Origin: an uncultured Verrucomicrobiae bacterium
GTDB taxonomy: Bacteria > Verrucomicrobiota > Verrucomicrobiia > Chthoniobacterales > UBA10450
DNA length: 64,000 nt
NCBI GenBank assembly: GCA_963772365.1
Contig: CAVYXA010000004.1
Coordinates: forward strand, 110,554 to 174,553
Direction: 5' to 3'
A program made the position numbers and the translations under genes. The first letter of the stretch is position 1. Each line of letters starts with the position of its first letter. This document shows positions 10,727 to 20,868 of the stretch, piece after piece. The notes under the pieces were generated by a model. The model saw only the letters and a program-made list of their open reading frames with translations, had not been told where the DNA came from and did not search any database.

Positions 10727-11107
10727 TTAAGAATTTGAGCGCCGGCGGCGACGCGATTCAAACAGGGTGGCAACGACCACCAGTGTCCCGGCTGCCAAGA
10801 GACTGGCCATTTCCCGGAGCGTTGTGAGGGTCCTCTCAAAAACAATCGCGTGGTCAAAGAAATGGCGCTCCTGATCAAAACGAGAGGGAAGGCCGCGACC
10901 GCTGTCGGTGTAAGAATCCCGAGCTTCGGCCTGGCTGTTCATGAAACTGCAGTTGTAAGTAGTGGCCGTTGCCAGAGCCAAATTTGAATTCTGGTAACTG
11001 GGGTTACCGGTACTCGCAGAGGTTCGGGAAATTCCGCTTGCCAAAATAAGGGCCGAGAGAAAACATAGCAGGAGGCGATAGAAGCGAGAGCTCATTCTGG
11101 GGATCAT
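10727..11107 (-). CDS. Small secreted protein with a degenerate CTERM-like sorting tail
   Basis: Signal-like N-terminus; C-terminal LREMASLLAAGTLVVVATLFESRRRRR. Start 11107 or 11095. Confidence 0.55.
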   Translation of the reverse strand: MIPRMSSRFYRLLLCFLSALILASGISRTSASTGNPSYQNSNLALATATTYNCSFMNSQAEARDSYTDSGRGLPSRFDQERHFFDHAIVFERTLTTLREMASLLAAGTLVVVATLFESRRRRRSNS

Positions 11108-11353
11108 CAAATTATCACTACTTCCATAATTCTCATAATAGACTGCCAAGCGTCAATAGAAATTTAAGGTGCTGAAATCTCGCGACGCGGGTTTTGGAAA
11201 TTCGCACGACCGAGCACCGGAACTGAGACTATAAGGGCAAGATTTCTCCGGAAGGAGTGCAGCCTCCTGACAATACGAGGACAGGCGGTTTTCGCCGTAA
11301 CGCCAGATTCAGCGCCAGCGGCTGGGCTGAGATCCCGTCAACCCCGCAAAAAT

Positions 11354-12049
11354 TTACGAGCGTGAGCGGGTCGTGACCGAGAGCGGCTCCGCCGTTTCCA
11401 AATTCTTGATGACTGTGCTGAGATAAACGGATTGAGGATAAAACGCTTTGTATTTCGTTATCTCCGCCCGATTCAGAACCTTGAAACCGTAGCGTTCAAA
11501 CATCCTTTCTCCCCGACGACTCTCAAAGGTCACGATCTGCCCATAAACTCGCTTTTCTCCGGAGCGGTAGAGATAGCTTAAATATGCGCTCATCAACGCG
11601 CGCGTCGTCGACATCTTCCGCGCATCCGGCAAGAGGTTGATGTGAAAATGCGGTGTCCGACGCGGCGGGGCCGGCACCTCTCTCCAGCCGTGCACCAGTG
11701 TCCAGCGAATGAATCGTCGCGACCGCTCTCGGTATCGGAAGTATCGCGTTAGCGCCTTGCCAAACAAGGAGACATTTTGCCAAAACGAGTAAAGCTGATT
11801 GCGAAGCGGTCTTCGGCAGCCGAGCAAATAACCACGAATCTCGCCACTGATTTCCACGACAAACGATGATTCCGGTTCCCAATCGGTGTAGTAGGTCGTG
11901 AGAAAATCGGCGAATAATTGTCGATCTTCGTAAACTGGATCGATCGGTGTGCCCAAAAAACCCGTGTCGCAACACAACTTACGCACCGCGGCGCGATCCG
12001 ACGTGCGATAACTGCGGATTACAAATGGCTTGGAATCGTCGATTTCCAT
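11354..12049 (-). CDS. GNAT-family acetyltransferase
   Basis: IRSY...DRAAVRKLCCDTG, HFHINLLPDAR, FERYGF; TGATG overlap with the GT4 gene. Confidence 0.75.
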   Translation of the reverse strand: MEIDDSKPFVIRSYRTSDRAAVRKLCCDTGFLGTPIDPVYEDRQLFADFLTTYYTDWEPESSFVVEISGEIRGYLLGCRRPLRNQLYSFWQNVSLFGKALTRYFRYRERSRRFIRWTLVHGWREVPAPPRRTPHFHINLLPDARKMSTTRALMSAYLSYLYRSGEKRVYGQIVTFESRRGERMFERYGFKVLNRAEITKYKAFYPQSVYLSTVIKNLETAEPLSVTTRSRS

Positions 12050-13227
12050 CAGGATTCGCGGTAGTTTGTGCAGACTTGGCGGTAAATGCAAAAGAGTTCG
12101 TCAAACACGCGTGGCCAACTGTAAAGATCCTTTGCCGCTTGCGCCACATTCGTCACGACCATAGATCGCTTGTTTGTGCTTGATTCTTCGATTGCATTCG
12201 CCAGCGCTTCCGGCGTGTTTTCAGTGGCCCAAGATTCCTGCCCATGAAGAATGATGCGGTCCATGTAACTGCCGCGAATTCCGACCACCGGCGTGCCGCA
12301 GGCCTGACTCTCCAATGCCACTAAACCGAACGTTTCCTGAACCCCGGGATGAACAAACAAATCCGCCGCCCGATAATGCCGCGCCAGGTCAGCTGAGTCC
12401 GTGCAATAACGAATCCATGTGACCGCACCGTCTGTTTCGTATTGTAGCTTTTCCAGTCCGTCGCGTTGCGGACCATCGCCGATCACAACAAGATGGAAAT
12501 CGCCGGGGCGACGACGTTCCAGAAGTTGAAACGCTTCGAAGAGGAGTTGGATATTTTTTTCTTTTGCCAGTCGTCCTACATACAGGAGCATCTTTTGATC
12601 GCTGGCCACGCCGAGAGAGATGCGGGCGGCCTCTTCCCGGCCCCCGTCCGAGTTAAAGATGTCGATGTTGACTCCCAAGTGCACGACCTGAACGTTCTTG
12701 ACGCCCCAATCACGCAGAACCTTGGCCAAATTTTCTGAGGGAACCAGTGTCACTTCAAATTTGTTATAGAGCTTGTCCACATATTGCGCGGCAAAATCCA
12801 TCACCGCTTCGGTTGCAGTTTGTCCCAGGAACTTCGCGGTGCTCCGCACATAGGCTTCCGGAAAATGCGAGTGATAAAACCCGACCACCGGAATCCTGAG
12901 GGCGCGGCCGGAAGCGATCGCTTTCCACGCCACTTGGTACGGATCGCTCGATTCGATCAAGTCCGGTTTCTCGCGTTCCAAAATTTCCCCGACCGCGCGC
13001 AGATTCAGCAGCGCTCGATAGCGTGAGGTCCGGGAAAGAAGAGGCGAATGAATTGAATAAACCCGCACCCGCGCCTGTGTGGTCAGCTCGGTCTTCTCTC
13101 CTGGAATCACGAGCACGTGCTCATCGTCCGGTGAGTACTTGTCGATGTACGCGATTTTTTCATGCACATAACGTTTCACGCCGCCGCTGAGTGGAGAATA
13201 AAATTGGGTGAGATCGCAGATTTTCAA
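12049..13227 (-). CDS. GT4 glycosyltransferase
   Basis: YVGRLAKEKN, GDGP, ETFGLVALESQACGTPVV. Confidence 0.9.
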   Translation of the reverse strand: MKICDLTQFYSPLSGGVKRYVHEKIAYIDKYSPDDEHVLVIPGEKTELTTQARVRVYSIHSPLLSRTSRYRALLNLRAVGEILEREKPDLIESSDPYQVAWKAIASGRALRIPVVGFYHSHFPEAYVRSTAKFLGQTATEAVMDFAAQYVDKLYNKFEVTLVPSENLAKVLRDWGVKNVQVVHLGVNIDIFNSDGGREEAARISLGVASDQKMLLYVGRLAKEKNIQLLFEAFQLLERRRPGDFHLVVIGDGPQRDGLEKLQYETDGAVTWIRYCTDSADLARHYRAADLFVHPGVQETFGLVALESQACGTPVVGIRGSYMDRIILHGQESWATENTPEALANAIEESSTNKRSMVVTNVAQAAKDLYSWPRVFDELFCIYRQVCTNYRES

Positions 13228-13251
13228 ATGTGAACGTGTCGCGATCTTTTC

Positions 13252-13322
13252 TGTAGCGGCGGTCTATGACCGTCGCAAACTCGTGTGTTTCAAGATGGCG
13301 ACGGTCACAGACCGCCGCTACA
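13252..13322. repeat. GTAG-type REP doublet (inverted pair)
   Basis: TGTAGCGGCGGTCTATGACCGTCGC ... GCGACGGTCACAGACCGCCGCTACA. Confidence 0.85.
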
Positions 13323-13346
13323 AGGGGAGATCGGATTTGCTGTTAA

Positions 13347-14273
13347 TTACCGGGACTCCAATTCACTCAAATACTTCTCCGCTTCCATCGCTGCAGCGCA
13401 GCCTGAGCCCGCTGCCGTAACCGCTTGTTTGTAAACGCGATCGGCCACATCCCCCGCGATAAATACACCCGGATGTTTGCTCTCGGCGAGGTGTCTCGCG
13501 ATCAGGTAACCATCCGGATCGGTCTCAAGCTTGCCTCGATACGCTTGGGTGTTCGGGTCGTGACCGATCGCCACAAATACACAGGCCACTTCTAATTCAC
13601 GTTCCTCGTTCGTCTTAATGTTGCGGAGACGCACCGCGCGCATTTCTCCTTTTTGATCCGGAATGTAGTCCGTCACGATCGTATCCCAGATCGGCTCGAT
13701 CTTTTGATTCGCAAACACGCGTTCCTGCATGATTTTCGATGCCCGCATTTGGTCGCGGCGATGGATCAAATAAACCTTTGAAGCGAACCGGGTGAGGAAA
13801 AGCGATTCTTCCGCTGCGGAATCGCCGCCGCCGATTACGCAGACTGGCACATTTTTGTAAAAGGCGCCGTCACACGTTGCGCAGCTCGTTAGTCCATGGC
13901 CAATTAGTTTCTCTTCGTTGTCGAGTCCAAGCCATCGGGCTGAGGCGCCACTGGCAATGATGAGCGCCGGCGTCTCGAGCCATTCGTCATCCACCTTGAT
14001 CCGAATGTGTTTTTTGCTCGAATCGAAATCCGTGACTTCAGCATACGAAAAGCGGGCACCGAAATTCTCCGCCTGCTTATGCATGTTCATGATCAACTGC
14101 GGTCCATCGATGCCTTCGGGAAATCCGGGAAAATTCTCCACCAGCGTAGTCGTCGAAAGCTGTCCGCCCGGTTGCCGTCCTTCCAGCACGAGTGGATTCA
14201 GGTTGGCGCGCGCCGCATAGATCGCGGCGGTCAATCCGGCGCAACCGCTCCCCACGATAATCACTTTCTCCAT
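13347..14273 (-). CDS. trxB: Thioredoxin-disulfide reductase
   Basis: IIVGSGCAG, GGQL, CATCDG, GGGDSAAEE, AGDVAD. Confidence 0.95.
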   Translation of the reverse strand: MEKVIIVGSGCAGLTAAIYAARANLNPLVLEGRQPGGQLSTTTLVENFPGFPEGIDGPQLIMNMHKQAENFGARFSYAEVTDFDSSKKHIRIKVDDEWLETPALIIASGASARWLGLDNEEKLIGHGLTSCATCDGAFYKNVPVCVIGGGDSAAEESLFLTRFASKVYLIHRRDQMRASKIMQERVFANQKIEPIWDTIVTDYIPDQKGEMRAVRLRNIKTNEERELEVACVFVAIGHDPNTQAYRGKLETDPDGYLIARHLAESKHPGVFIAGDVADRVYKQAVTAAGSGCAAAMEAEKYLSELESR

Positions 14274-14320
14274 GAATAAATCTAGCATGCCGCGCAAGCG
14301 GGCCAATATCGATAGAAGAC

Positions 14321-14386
14321 TCACCCTCACCTCAATCCTCTCCCTTCCAGGGAGAGGCGGACGCCACCAGCCGCCGGTGAGGGTGA
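14321..14386. repeat. CCCTC-type palindromic element
   Basis: TCACCCTCACC...GGTGAGGGTGA outer inverted repeat with inner CCTCTCCC-GGGAGAGG hairpin; related to 40493-40572. Confidence 0.7.
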
Positions 14387-14425
14387 TTCGATTGCGTGTC
14401 CAAATTGGCACAAGTACTCTGCGAA

Positions 14426-15220
14426 ATGCCTGAGCTGGCCGAAGTCGAGTGGTTTCGCAAACAATGGGATCCCGGCCGTGGCGCTGCCATTGTCGATGTT
14501 AGTGTACACACCGGCAAATATGTTTTCCGTGGCACCAATACGCGCGCGATTCAGAAAAATCTGATCGATCAAACACTCCTAAGATCGACAAGGCGCGGGA
14601 AACAGATGCTGTTCGAATTTACCGGCAACAACTGGCTCGGCGTCCATCTGGGGATGACGGGAAAAACGCATGTCGAGCAGCGAGACTTTTGTCCGGCCAA
14701 ACACGATCATCTTGTGTTGTATCAACAACAACGCGCGATCGTCTTCACCGATCCACGGCAGCTCGGGCATGTTCGGTTTCATCATGGAACCGCTCAGCCC
14801 GATTGGTGGAAACGCAGTGCTCCGGAGATCGACTCGCGCGAGTTCGATCAAGAATTCCTCGATCAATTTTTAGATCGACATCGCCAGGCGCCGATCAAGG
14901 CCGTGCTTCTGATGCAAAACGGCTTTCCGGGTATTGGCAACTGGATGGCAGACGAAATTCTCTGGCGAGCAAAGATTCTGCCATCAAAGCGAGGTGCGAA
15001 ACTGACTGCGCGGGAACGGACCGCGATTTTTCGCGCGGCAAAATTCGTGGTTCGCCGCTCGTTGAAAACGCTCGGCAAAGATTTCTCTGATCCGCCAAGC
15101 GGCTGGCTCATTCACGAAAAATGGAAACGCAAGGGAATCTGCCCAAAACATCGCACCCTATTACACCACGCCACATTCGGTGGGCGCACAACGGCTTGGT
15201 GCCCGAAGTGTCAGAAGTAG
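14426..15220 (+). CDS. Fpg/Nei-family DNA glycosylase
   Basis: N-terminal PELAEVE, RRGK, HLGMTG, GIGNWMADE (H2TH), C-terminal CPKH...CPKC finger. Confidence 0.9.
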   Translation: MPELAEVEWFRKQWDPGRGAAIVDVSVHTGKYVFRGTNTRAIQKNLIDQTLLRSTRRGKQMLFEFTGNNWLGVHLGMTGKTHVEQRDFCPAKHDHLVLYQQQRAIVFTDPRQLGHVRFHHGTAQPDWWKRSAPEIDSREFDQEFLDQFLDRHRQAPIKAVLLMQNGFPGIGNWMADEILWRAKILPSKRGAKLTARERTAIFRAAKFVVRRSLKTLGKDFSDPPSGWLIHEKWKRKGICPKHRTLLHHATFGGRTTAWCPKCQK

Positions 15221-15247
15221 ACCGGAAGGCACGTTCGACGGTTGGAT

Positions 15248-16804
15248 CTAGGCCATTATGTGAACGACGATCTTGTGAAATCCGGTCACACCTGAGAATG
15301 GGCTTCGATCGGGATCCCACTTCTGGACTGTGCCGTTACCGTCAGTGGCACGCAGAACCAATGTGTAATCGCTCGGTTGTTCCGGCGTCCAATTCACTCT
15401 CCAAAGCGACCACGCAAGATTGCCGCCGTTGTAATAAATTTCCGCGTCACGCCAGGTTTTGCCGTCATCGAAGCTTAGCTCGACGCGCGAGACGCCGCGG
15501 TCGCCGCCGTAGGCCATGCCTCTGACTTCGATCTGACTCTGTTTCGCGAGCGAGAACCATGATTCGTGATACGGGACGTCGATTCTCGATCGTATCGGCA
15601 CGATGAAATCGGGACCCCAACCTTGTTTCTCGTAAAAGCCTTTTGCGTCCGAGGTCGTCAGCTCGATCCGCGTAAGCCATTTCACATGTTTTTCTCCAAA
15701 GTAGCCGGGAACAATTACTCGCAGCGGATACCCATGTCGGTCCGGCAAAGGCGCACCGTTCATTTCGAAAGCCAGCAAAGTGGTCGGCAACATCGCTTTT
15801 TCGAGAGGAATTGTATCGGTGTAATTATCGACGGCGTGAAAACGCACGCGGGCGGCATCCGGCGAAGGCTTGGCCGATTCCAAAAAATCCCGCAACCGGA
15901 AACCTTTCCAATGCGCGTTGCTGATCAATCCGGCATCGATGCCATTGCTGATGCACATGAGAGTGGTTTCCTGTTCGACAGCAGGAATATCTTTTAGGTG
16001 ATCGAATCGATACGCCATCCGGTTTTGCACCAGGCCGGTAATTTCCAACGTCCACAGATCAATTTTCACCCGGGGATCGACCACGTTCTTGGTCACGCAA
16101 TAAAACTGATCGTTAGGCGTGATCGGCTGAACAGTCGGTCCTTTGTATTGCGTGCCGTCGTAACTAAAAGTGGCTGCGCGCCAAAGTTTCCGGCCCAGGG
16201 CGATGCTGCCGCCTGCCAGCGCGAGGCCAACCCCGCTTAACACAAACGCACGGCGTCCGATGGCAGGACTAAATTCGCTTCTCCGTGTAACCGCGGGCGC
16301 CGACCGTGGCTGAACCAAAAATTGAAACCCGAAAACCAGCGCACGCTCGAACACTAGAACACACAACGCAAAGCCCACGAGTGTGATCCATCGCGCGGCC
16401 TCGATCGGCAATCCACGATAATTGGTCCCGAGCACCGGCCAGAGTACAATCCCCATGGCGATGATCGGCAGCGCGATGAAGATCGACATTGTCCAGAGCG
16501 TCGCCCGCCGCTCGGGTTGGCGTCGCATCAATAATCCAAAAAGCCCGCCGCCGATGGCGCCGACAATCAGCTGGCCAGCGATTGTCGATCCTACTCCGAT
16601 CTGTTTGAGGTGATTGTATCCGCCCACTTTTCCCATGAGCGACAGAAACGGCCCCGGAGAAATGAAAACCGAAAGCCGATCGCCAATTATGAAGAGCGGC
16701 GTCGCAACTCCGAACACTGCCAGCAATAGCATCATCAGCGTCATCGCGATCGCAGCCACCAGACCAGCGAGCAACCCCGCGAAGCAAGCTTTCGACGCGC
16801 TCAT
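15248..16804 (-). CDS. Sulfite-oxidase-family molybdopterin oxidoreductase with N-terminal membrane domain
   Basis: TLMCISN, HGYPLR...PGYFGEKHVKW; twin-Arg-like GRRAFV after the TM region. Confidence 0.85.
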   Translation of the reverse strand: MSASKACFAGLLAGLVAAIAMTLMMLLLAVFGVATPLFIIGDRLSVFISPGPFLSLMGKVGGYNHLKQIGVGSTIAGQLIVGAIGGGLFGLLMRRQPERRATLWTMSIFIALPIIAMGIVLWPVLGTNYRGLPIEAARWITLVGFALCVLVFERALVFGFQFLVQPRSAPAVTRRSEFSPAIGRRAFVLSGVGLALAGGSIALGRKLWRAATFSYDGTQYKGPTVQPITPNDQFYCVTKNVVDPRVKIDLWTLEITGLVQNRMAYRFDHLKDIPAVEQETTLMCISNGIDAGLISNAHWKGFRLRDFLESAKPSPDAARVRFHAVDNYTDTIPLEKAMLPTTLLAFEMNGAPLPDRHGYPLRVIVPGYFGEKHVKWLTRIELTTSDAKGFYEKQGWGPDFIVPIRSRIDVPYHESWFSLAKQSQIEVRGMAYGGDRGVSRVELSFDDGKTWRDAEIYYNGGNLAWSLWRVNWTPEQPSDYTLVLRATDGNGTVQKWDPDRSPFSGVTGFHKIVVHIMA

Positions 16805-16938
16805 TGATTGTCGATATTACAAGTGCGCGCGCGGAATGGAATAGAGAGTTTCTCGCCACGAAATAATGAAGGACGAGATCCGAAACTCGAATCAACGACA
16901 AATCAGAATGACGGCACCGTGTTGCTTTTTCGCGTCAG

Positions 16939-17026
16939 CTTTGGAGTGCGCACGCGTCCTCGCGTCGCTTTGAACGCGCCAATCACCTCCAGAAAAGCGA
17001 TGCGAAGACGCCTCGCACTCCGAAAG
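16939..17026. repeat. GGAGTGCG-type palindromic element
   Basis: CTTTGGAGTGCG ... CGCACTCCGAAAG with internal hairpins. Confidence 0.65.
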
Positions 17027-17098
17027 GACTTCGTCCGAAATGGTCGAAGCCGTCCGCGCGGGAAGACCACCAGATAGAAGAGGCATGCCGATCTTGAG

Positions 17099-17189
17099 CA
17101 CAGATTAACACGGATCGAAAGCAGAGTCTCGGCTCACTTTGATTTCGAAAATCCGTGTTCATCGGTGTTCATCCGTGTCCATCCGTGGC
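17099..17189. repeat. Decamer-based palindromic element (ACACGGAT/ATCCGTGT); overlaps the 3' end of the GT2 gene
   Basis: CACAGATTAACACGGAT ... ATCCGTGTTC ATCGGTGTTC ATCCGTGTCC ATCCGTGGC; second copy at 43309. Confidence 0.8.
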
Positions 17190-17878
17190 TTCGTTTTCAA
17201 GGCAAGTCGAATCAGCGTCGCTATGATGCGCGTGCCGGCGACGAGCGTGCCGCGCAATGTGCCGGAAACCTTCGATTGCCCTCCAGTCCGCCGCCGGTGA
17301 TTGACCGGAATTTCCAAAATGCGCAAACCAGCACGCGCAGCCTTCATCTGCATCTCCAAATTCCAACCGTAGGTTTGCTCGCGCATCCCAAGTTTCTCCA
17401 GCGCATCCCGTCGAATCGCTCGAAAAGGACACATGTCAGTGTAACGGACGTTGTACAAGATCGACATCAACCATCCGGCAAGTCGTCCGGAAAAGAGTTG
17501 CTGAAAATTCATGCTGCCGGTTTCACGTTGGCCGCGCGTTCGCGAACCGATCACGAAATCATGTGTGCCGGCGATGACAGGATCGACAAGCTTCTTCAGG
17601 AATTCCGGGCAATCACTTCCATCTCCATCGAGGAAAACGATGATGTCGCACTCCGGATGCACGGCAGCCACTCCCGCGGCGCAGGCGCGACCATATCCGC
17701 GCGGCGCGGTCACGACGCGGGCGCCAGCTTCGTGCGCTCGCTCGGTTGTCCGATCCGTGCTGCCATTATCAATGACGATGATCTCGTTCGGAATTCCGGT
17801 TCTTGCGACATTGCGCACGACGTTCGCGATCGGTTCTTCTTCGTTTAATGCCGGAATGACAACTGAGACGTTATTCAT
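17159..17878 (-). CDS. GT2 glycosyltransferase
   Basis: SVVIPALNEE, DNGSTD, FLDGDGSD, TDMCPFRAI. Confidence 0.9.
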   Translation of the reverse strand: MNNVSVVIPALNEEEPIANVVRNVARTGIPNEIIVIDNGSTDRTTERAHEAGARVVTAPRGYGRACAAGVAAVHPECDIIVFLDGDGSDCPEFLKKLVDPVIAGTHDFVIGSRTRGQRETGSMNFQQLFSGRLAGWLMSILYNVRYTDMCPFRAIRRDALEKLGMREQTYGWNLEMQMKAARAGLRILEIPVNHRRRTGGQSKVSGTLRGTLVAGTRIIATLIRLALKTKPRMDTDEHR

Positions 17879-18888
17879 CGTAGCACCAGCCACGCCGTCG
17901 TGAAATAAACGATGAGCGCTAAAATATCGGCCAGGGCGAGCGTCACCGGACCGGCGGCGATCTTGGGATCAAGCTTAAGCCGATGCAGCAACGAGGGTAC
18001 GCTCAGTCCGATCAATGAGGAATTGATTAGCGACAAAGCGATGCTGCCGCCAATGACAAACGCGCCTCGCGCTTCGCCACGCCAGAACCAAACGATTGCG
18101 CCAGCCAGTGTCCCGCACCCGCAGCCGAGCAGCGCTGCGGCGGGAAACTCCCGGCGCAATGCATTCACGAACCACGGCCATGTCACCGGAATAGAACGCA
18201 ATGCCTGAATTGTCAGACTCATCGATTGTGTGCTAACGCTTTCGTTAAGCCCGAGCACGAGGGTGAGGAAAAATGCCAACACCAGACTGCGAGCGAGGGT
18301 TAGTTCAAATGCGCCGGCTAGCAGCGCGCAGATTGTGCCGGCAGTGACGGTGACGAGCAGCCAGCGAAATCGATATCGAAATGCTCGGACTGGAGAAGCG
18401 GTCCGGACCTGCTCGATGTGAAACCCGAGCGCCTCAAAAATATCATCGCGTGCGCCGCTGATAGGAATCGATTGTTCCTTCTCATCGGTCTGAAGGATTT
18501 CTTCAGCAAACAGGTTCACATCAATGACACCCACTACACGCTTGTTGTCGTCCACTACCGGAAAGGCAAAGAATTTGTAGAGCACGAAAAACTCGCAGGC
18601 ATCTAGCACGGTGGCCCGTGCGGGAATGGCGACGACGCGTGGCACCATTATTTCGCGGAGAGGGGCATCGACAGGCGCTGTCAGAAGCCGCCGCGTCGGC
18701 AACACTCCCACGAGGCGCTGATCGTCATTCACTGCATAAAAATAAATGACGCGTTCGCCAACGCCTTCACGACGGATCTGCTCGAGCGCTTGAGCCACGC
18801 TCATGCCGACGTTCAGCAGAGGAAAATCTTTCCGCGCGTGCTCAATCACCGGCGAGTTCAAGTCGGGAATGCCGGTCGCTTCAGGCAT
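17875..18888 (-). CDS. mgtE: MgtE-family magnesium transporter (CBS pair + membrane domain)
   Basis: CBS repeats, PVVD, LDPKIAAGPVTLALAD. Confidence 0.85.
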   Translation of the reverse strand: MPEATGIPDLNSPVIEHARKDFPLLNVGMSVAQALEQIRREGVGERVIYFYAVNDDQRLVGVLPTRRLLTAPVDAPLREIMVPRVVAIPARATVLDACEFFVLYKFFAFPVVDDNKRVVGVIDVNLFAEEILQTDEKEQSIPISGARDDIFEALGFHIEQVRTASPVRAFRYRFRWLLVTVTAGTICALLAGAFELTLARSLVLAFFLTLVLGLNESVSTQSMSLTIQALRSIPVTWPWFVNALRREFPAAALLGCGCGTLAGAIVWFWRGEARGAFVIGGSIALSLINSSLIGLSVPSLLHRLKLDPKIAAGPVTLALADILALIVYFTTAWLVLR

Positions 18889-18976
18889 GCCTACCTCTAA
18901 CCGATTCGCCTCGCCTTTTCGCTGCAAAAATTCGGCTCAATCAACAGCGAACCCCTCTGGAACAAAGCAGATACGA

Positions 18977-20107
18977 TTATCCGCGCCGAATTTCAGCTCG
19001 GTTCACAATTTTCTTATTCCTCAAAATGTCCGCGGCTTCGCTGAAGTAGTCGCGAATGTCGGATTGACTGTGGATCCAGCCAATGTAGCGCTCGATTCCT
19101 TCGGCAAGATCGACAGTCGATTTGTAACCGGCTGCGCGCGCGAGAGTCGTGTCGCTGGTGAGATGGCGCATTTCGCCGGGACGGAATTCGCCATTGATTT
19201 GCGGTGCGATGTCAATCTTGAGCGCGCTCGAAATTTGCTCGGCGATTTCACGAATGGCAATACCGCGGCCACTGCCGATGTTCACGGCCAATCCGTCGAA
19301 GTTGTTGCTCTCGGCTGCGAACAGATTGGCCCGAGCAATATCTTCTACAAATGAGAAATCGCGGGTCTGTTCGCCGTCCTCGTAAAGCACGGGTGGCAGA
19401 TTGTTCAGCAGACGGGTGCAGAAAATCGCAATCACGCCGGTATAGGGATTAAAGATCGATTGGCGCGGTCCATAAGTGCAGGAATACCGCAAGGCGACCG
19501 TTGGAATGCCGATCTGTTTTCCCCAAAGAAGAACCAGCCGTTCCTGATCCACCTTCGTCAAACCATAAACAGTCTCACCGCCGACTGGAGCATTCTCCGG
19601 AGTGGGCACACTTTTTGTCACCGCGTCGCAGAGCGGACAATGGACCTGCCAGTCGCCTCTCTGAAGCTGCTCAATAGGCCGAACGTTTGGAAACACGACT
19701 CCATGCTTCGGACATTCACCGGCGCCTTCGCTGTAAACGGCTTGCGAGCTGGCAACTACGATTTTCTGAATCGGTAAATTTTTCTCGCGAATCACCTCCA
19801 GCATCTGCGCCGTGCCGAAGCTATTGACATGAACAAACTTGGCGATCTCGGGCATGTAACCGCCGTAGGCGGCCTCGTGGAATACGACATCGATCTTATC
19901 AAGCGCTGCCGAGATCGTATCGCGGTCACGCACATCACCTTGGAAGAACTCCGCTTCGTTGTTAATCCACGCTGGTTTCCCGCGGCGATGCGTTTGAGGC
20001 TCGAGATTATCCAGCACGCGGACCTTCCAACCTTCACGAACGAGAAGATCGACAATATGTGAACCGATCAGGCCCGCTCCGCCGGTGACGAGCGCTCGTC
20101 TTGCCAT
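18977..20107 (-). CDS. NAD-dependent epimerase/dehydratase
   Basis: VTGGAGLIG, YGLTK, YGPRQ, RDFSFVED. Confidence 0.9.
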   Translation of the reverse strand: MARRALVTGGAGLIGSHIVDLLVREGWKVRVLDNLEPQTHRRGKPAWINNEAEFFQGDVRDRDTISAALDKIDVVFHEAAYGGYMPEIAKFVHVNSFGTAQMLEVIREKNLPIQKIVVASSQAVYSEGAGECPKHGVVFPNVRPIEQLQRGDWQVHCPLCDAVTKSVPTPENAPVGGETVYGLTKVDQERLVLLWGKQIGIPTVALRYSCTYGPRQSIFNPYTGVIAIFCTRLLNNLPPVLYEDGEQTRDFSFVEDIARANLFAAESNNFDGLAVNIGSGRGIAIREIAEQISSALKIDIAPQINGEFRPGEMRHLTSDTTLARAAGYKSTVDLAEGIERYIGWIHSQSDIRDYFSEAADILRNKKIVNRAEIRRG

Positions 20108-20115
20108 GATTCCCC

Positions 20116-20140
20116 TGTAGCGGCGTTCTGCGACCGCCGC
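20116..20140 (+). repeat. Single GTAG REP (13252 family)
   Basis: TGTAGCGGCGTTCTGCGACCGCCGC. Confidence 0.65.
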
Positions 20141-20145
20141 AAACC

Positions 20146-20868
20146 TCACAGCGAGCCTAAAAACTCACGCGTGTGCGGCGCAACATCCATGCCTGCGTGC
20201 GGGCCAAAAAGGTCGTGTCTCAATCGCTGCAGCCCAATGCGATCATCGACGTCGTACCCAGGCGGCAGAGTGTGAATCTTAAGCCCGATCTCCTTGGCGC
20301 GTTGCGTCGTCTGTTTAAACACCCGCTCGGTGCTCCAGTCGATCTCATCAAAAAGACGCCGTCGTAGCTGCTTCATCCCAATCAAATAGTATCCGCCATC
20401 GTCTGCCGGCCCAACCACGATCCGGTCGTCGCGCTTGTTGAGCGAAGTCACGGCCTCTTCAAAACTGGACGGCGGCACCGTCGGGCTATCGGAATTAATC
20501 AGGCAAACGGAGATAAAACCGGCCGCAAAAAGATCTTCGGCCGCAAACAGGAGCCGATCCCGGAAGTTTTCGCCGCGTTGTGGGATCAAAAGAAAATCCC
20601 TCGGTAGAAGGTTTCGATACAGCGCCTCAGAACCGGGAGGAGTGTAAATTCCAACTCCCCGAGCAGAGCCATTTTGCGAGGAACGCAGCTTGTGGCAACA
20701 GACGGCAATGGATGCGCCGATGTCACGCAAGAAGCATGCGTTTAACTTTGCTGCCTGCTCAGGTGTCAGTGGCGGCACCAAGCGCGTTTTTACAGCTCCC
20801 GGATACGGAGCTTTGGTCATGATGCCCAGGGCACAAGACTTTCGCAGAGAATCTGGCGTTGCTATCAC
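20146..20868 (-). CDS. DUF2064 / rSAM-selenodomain-associated GT-A-type transferase
   Basis: KAPYPGAVKTRL, INSDSP, GPADDGGYYLIG, WST, YDVD. Confidence 0.85.
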   Translation of the reverse strand: MIATPDSLRKSCALGIMTKAPYPGAVKTRLVPPLTPEQAAKLNACFLRDIGASIAVCCHKLRSSQNGSARGVGIYTPPGSEALYRNLLPRDFLLIPQRGENFRDRLLFAAEDLFAAGFISVCLINSDSPTVPPSSFEEAVTSLNKRDDRIVVGPADDGGYYLIGMKQLRRRLFDEIDWSTERVFKQTTQRAKEIGLKIHTLPPGYDVDDRIGLQRLRHDLFGPHAGMDVAPHTREFLGSL

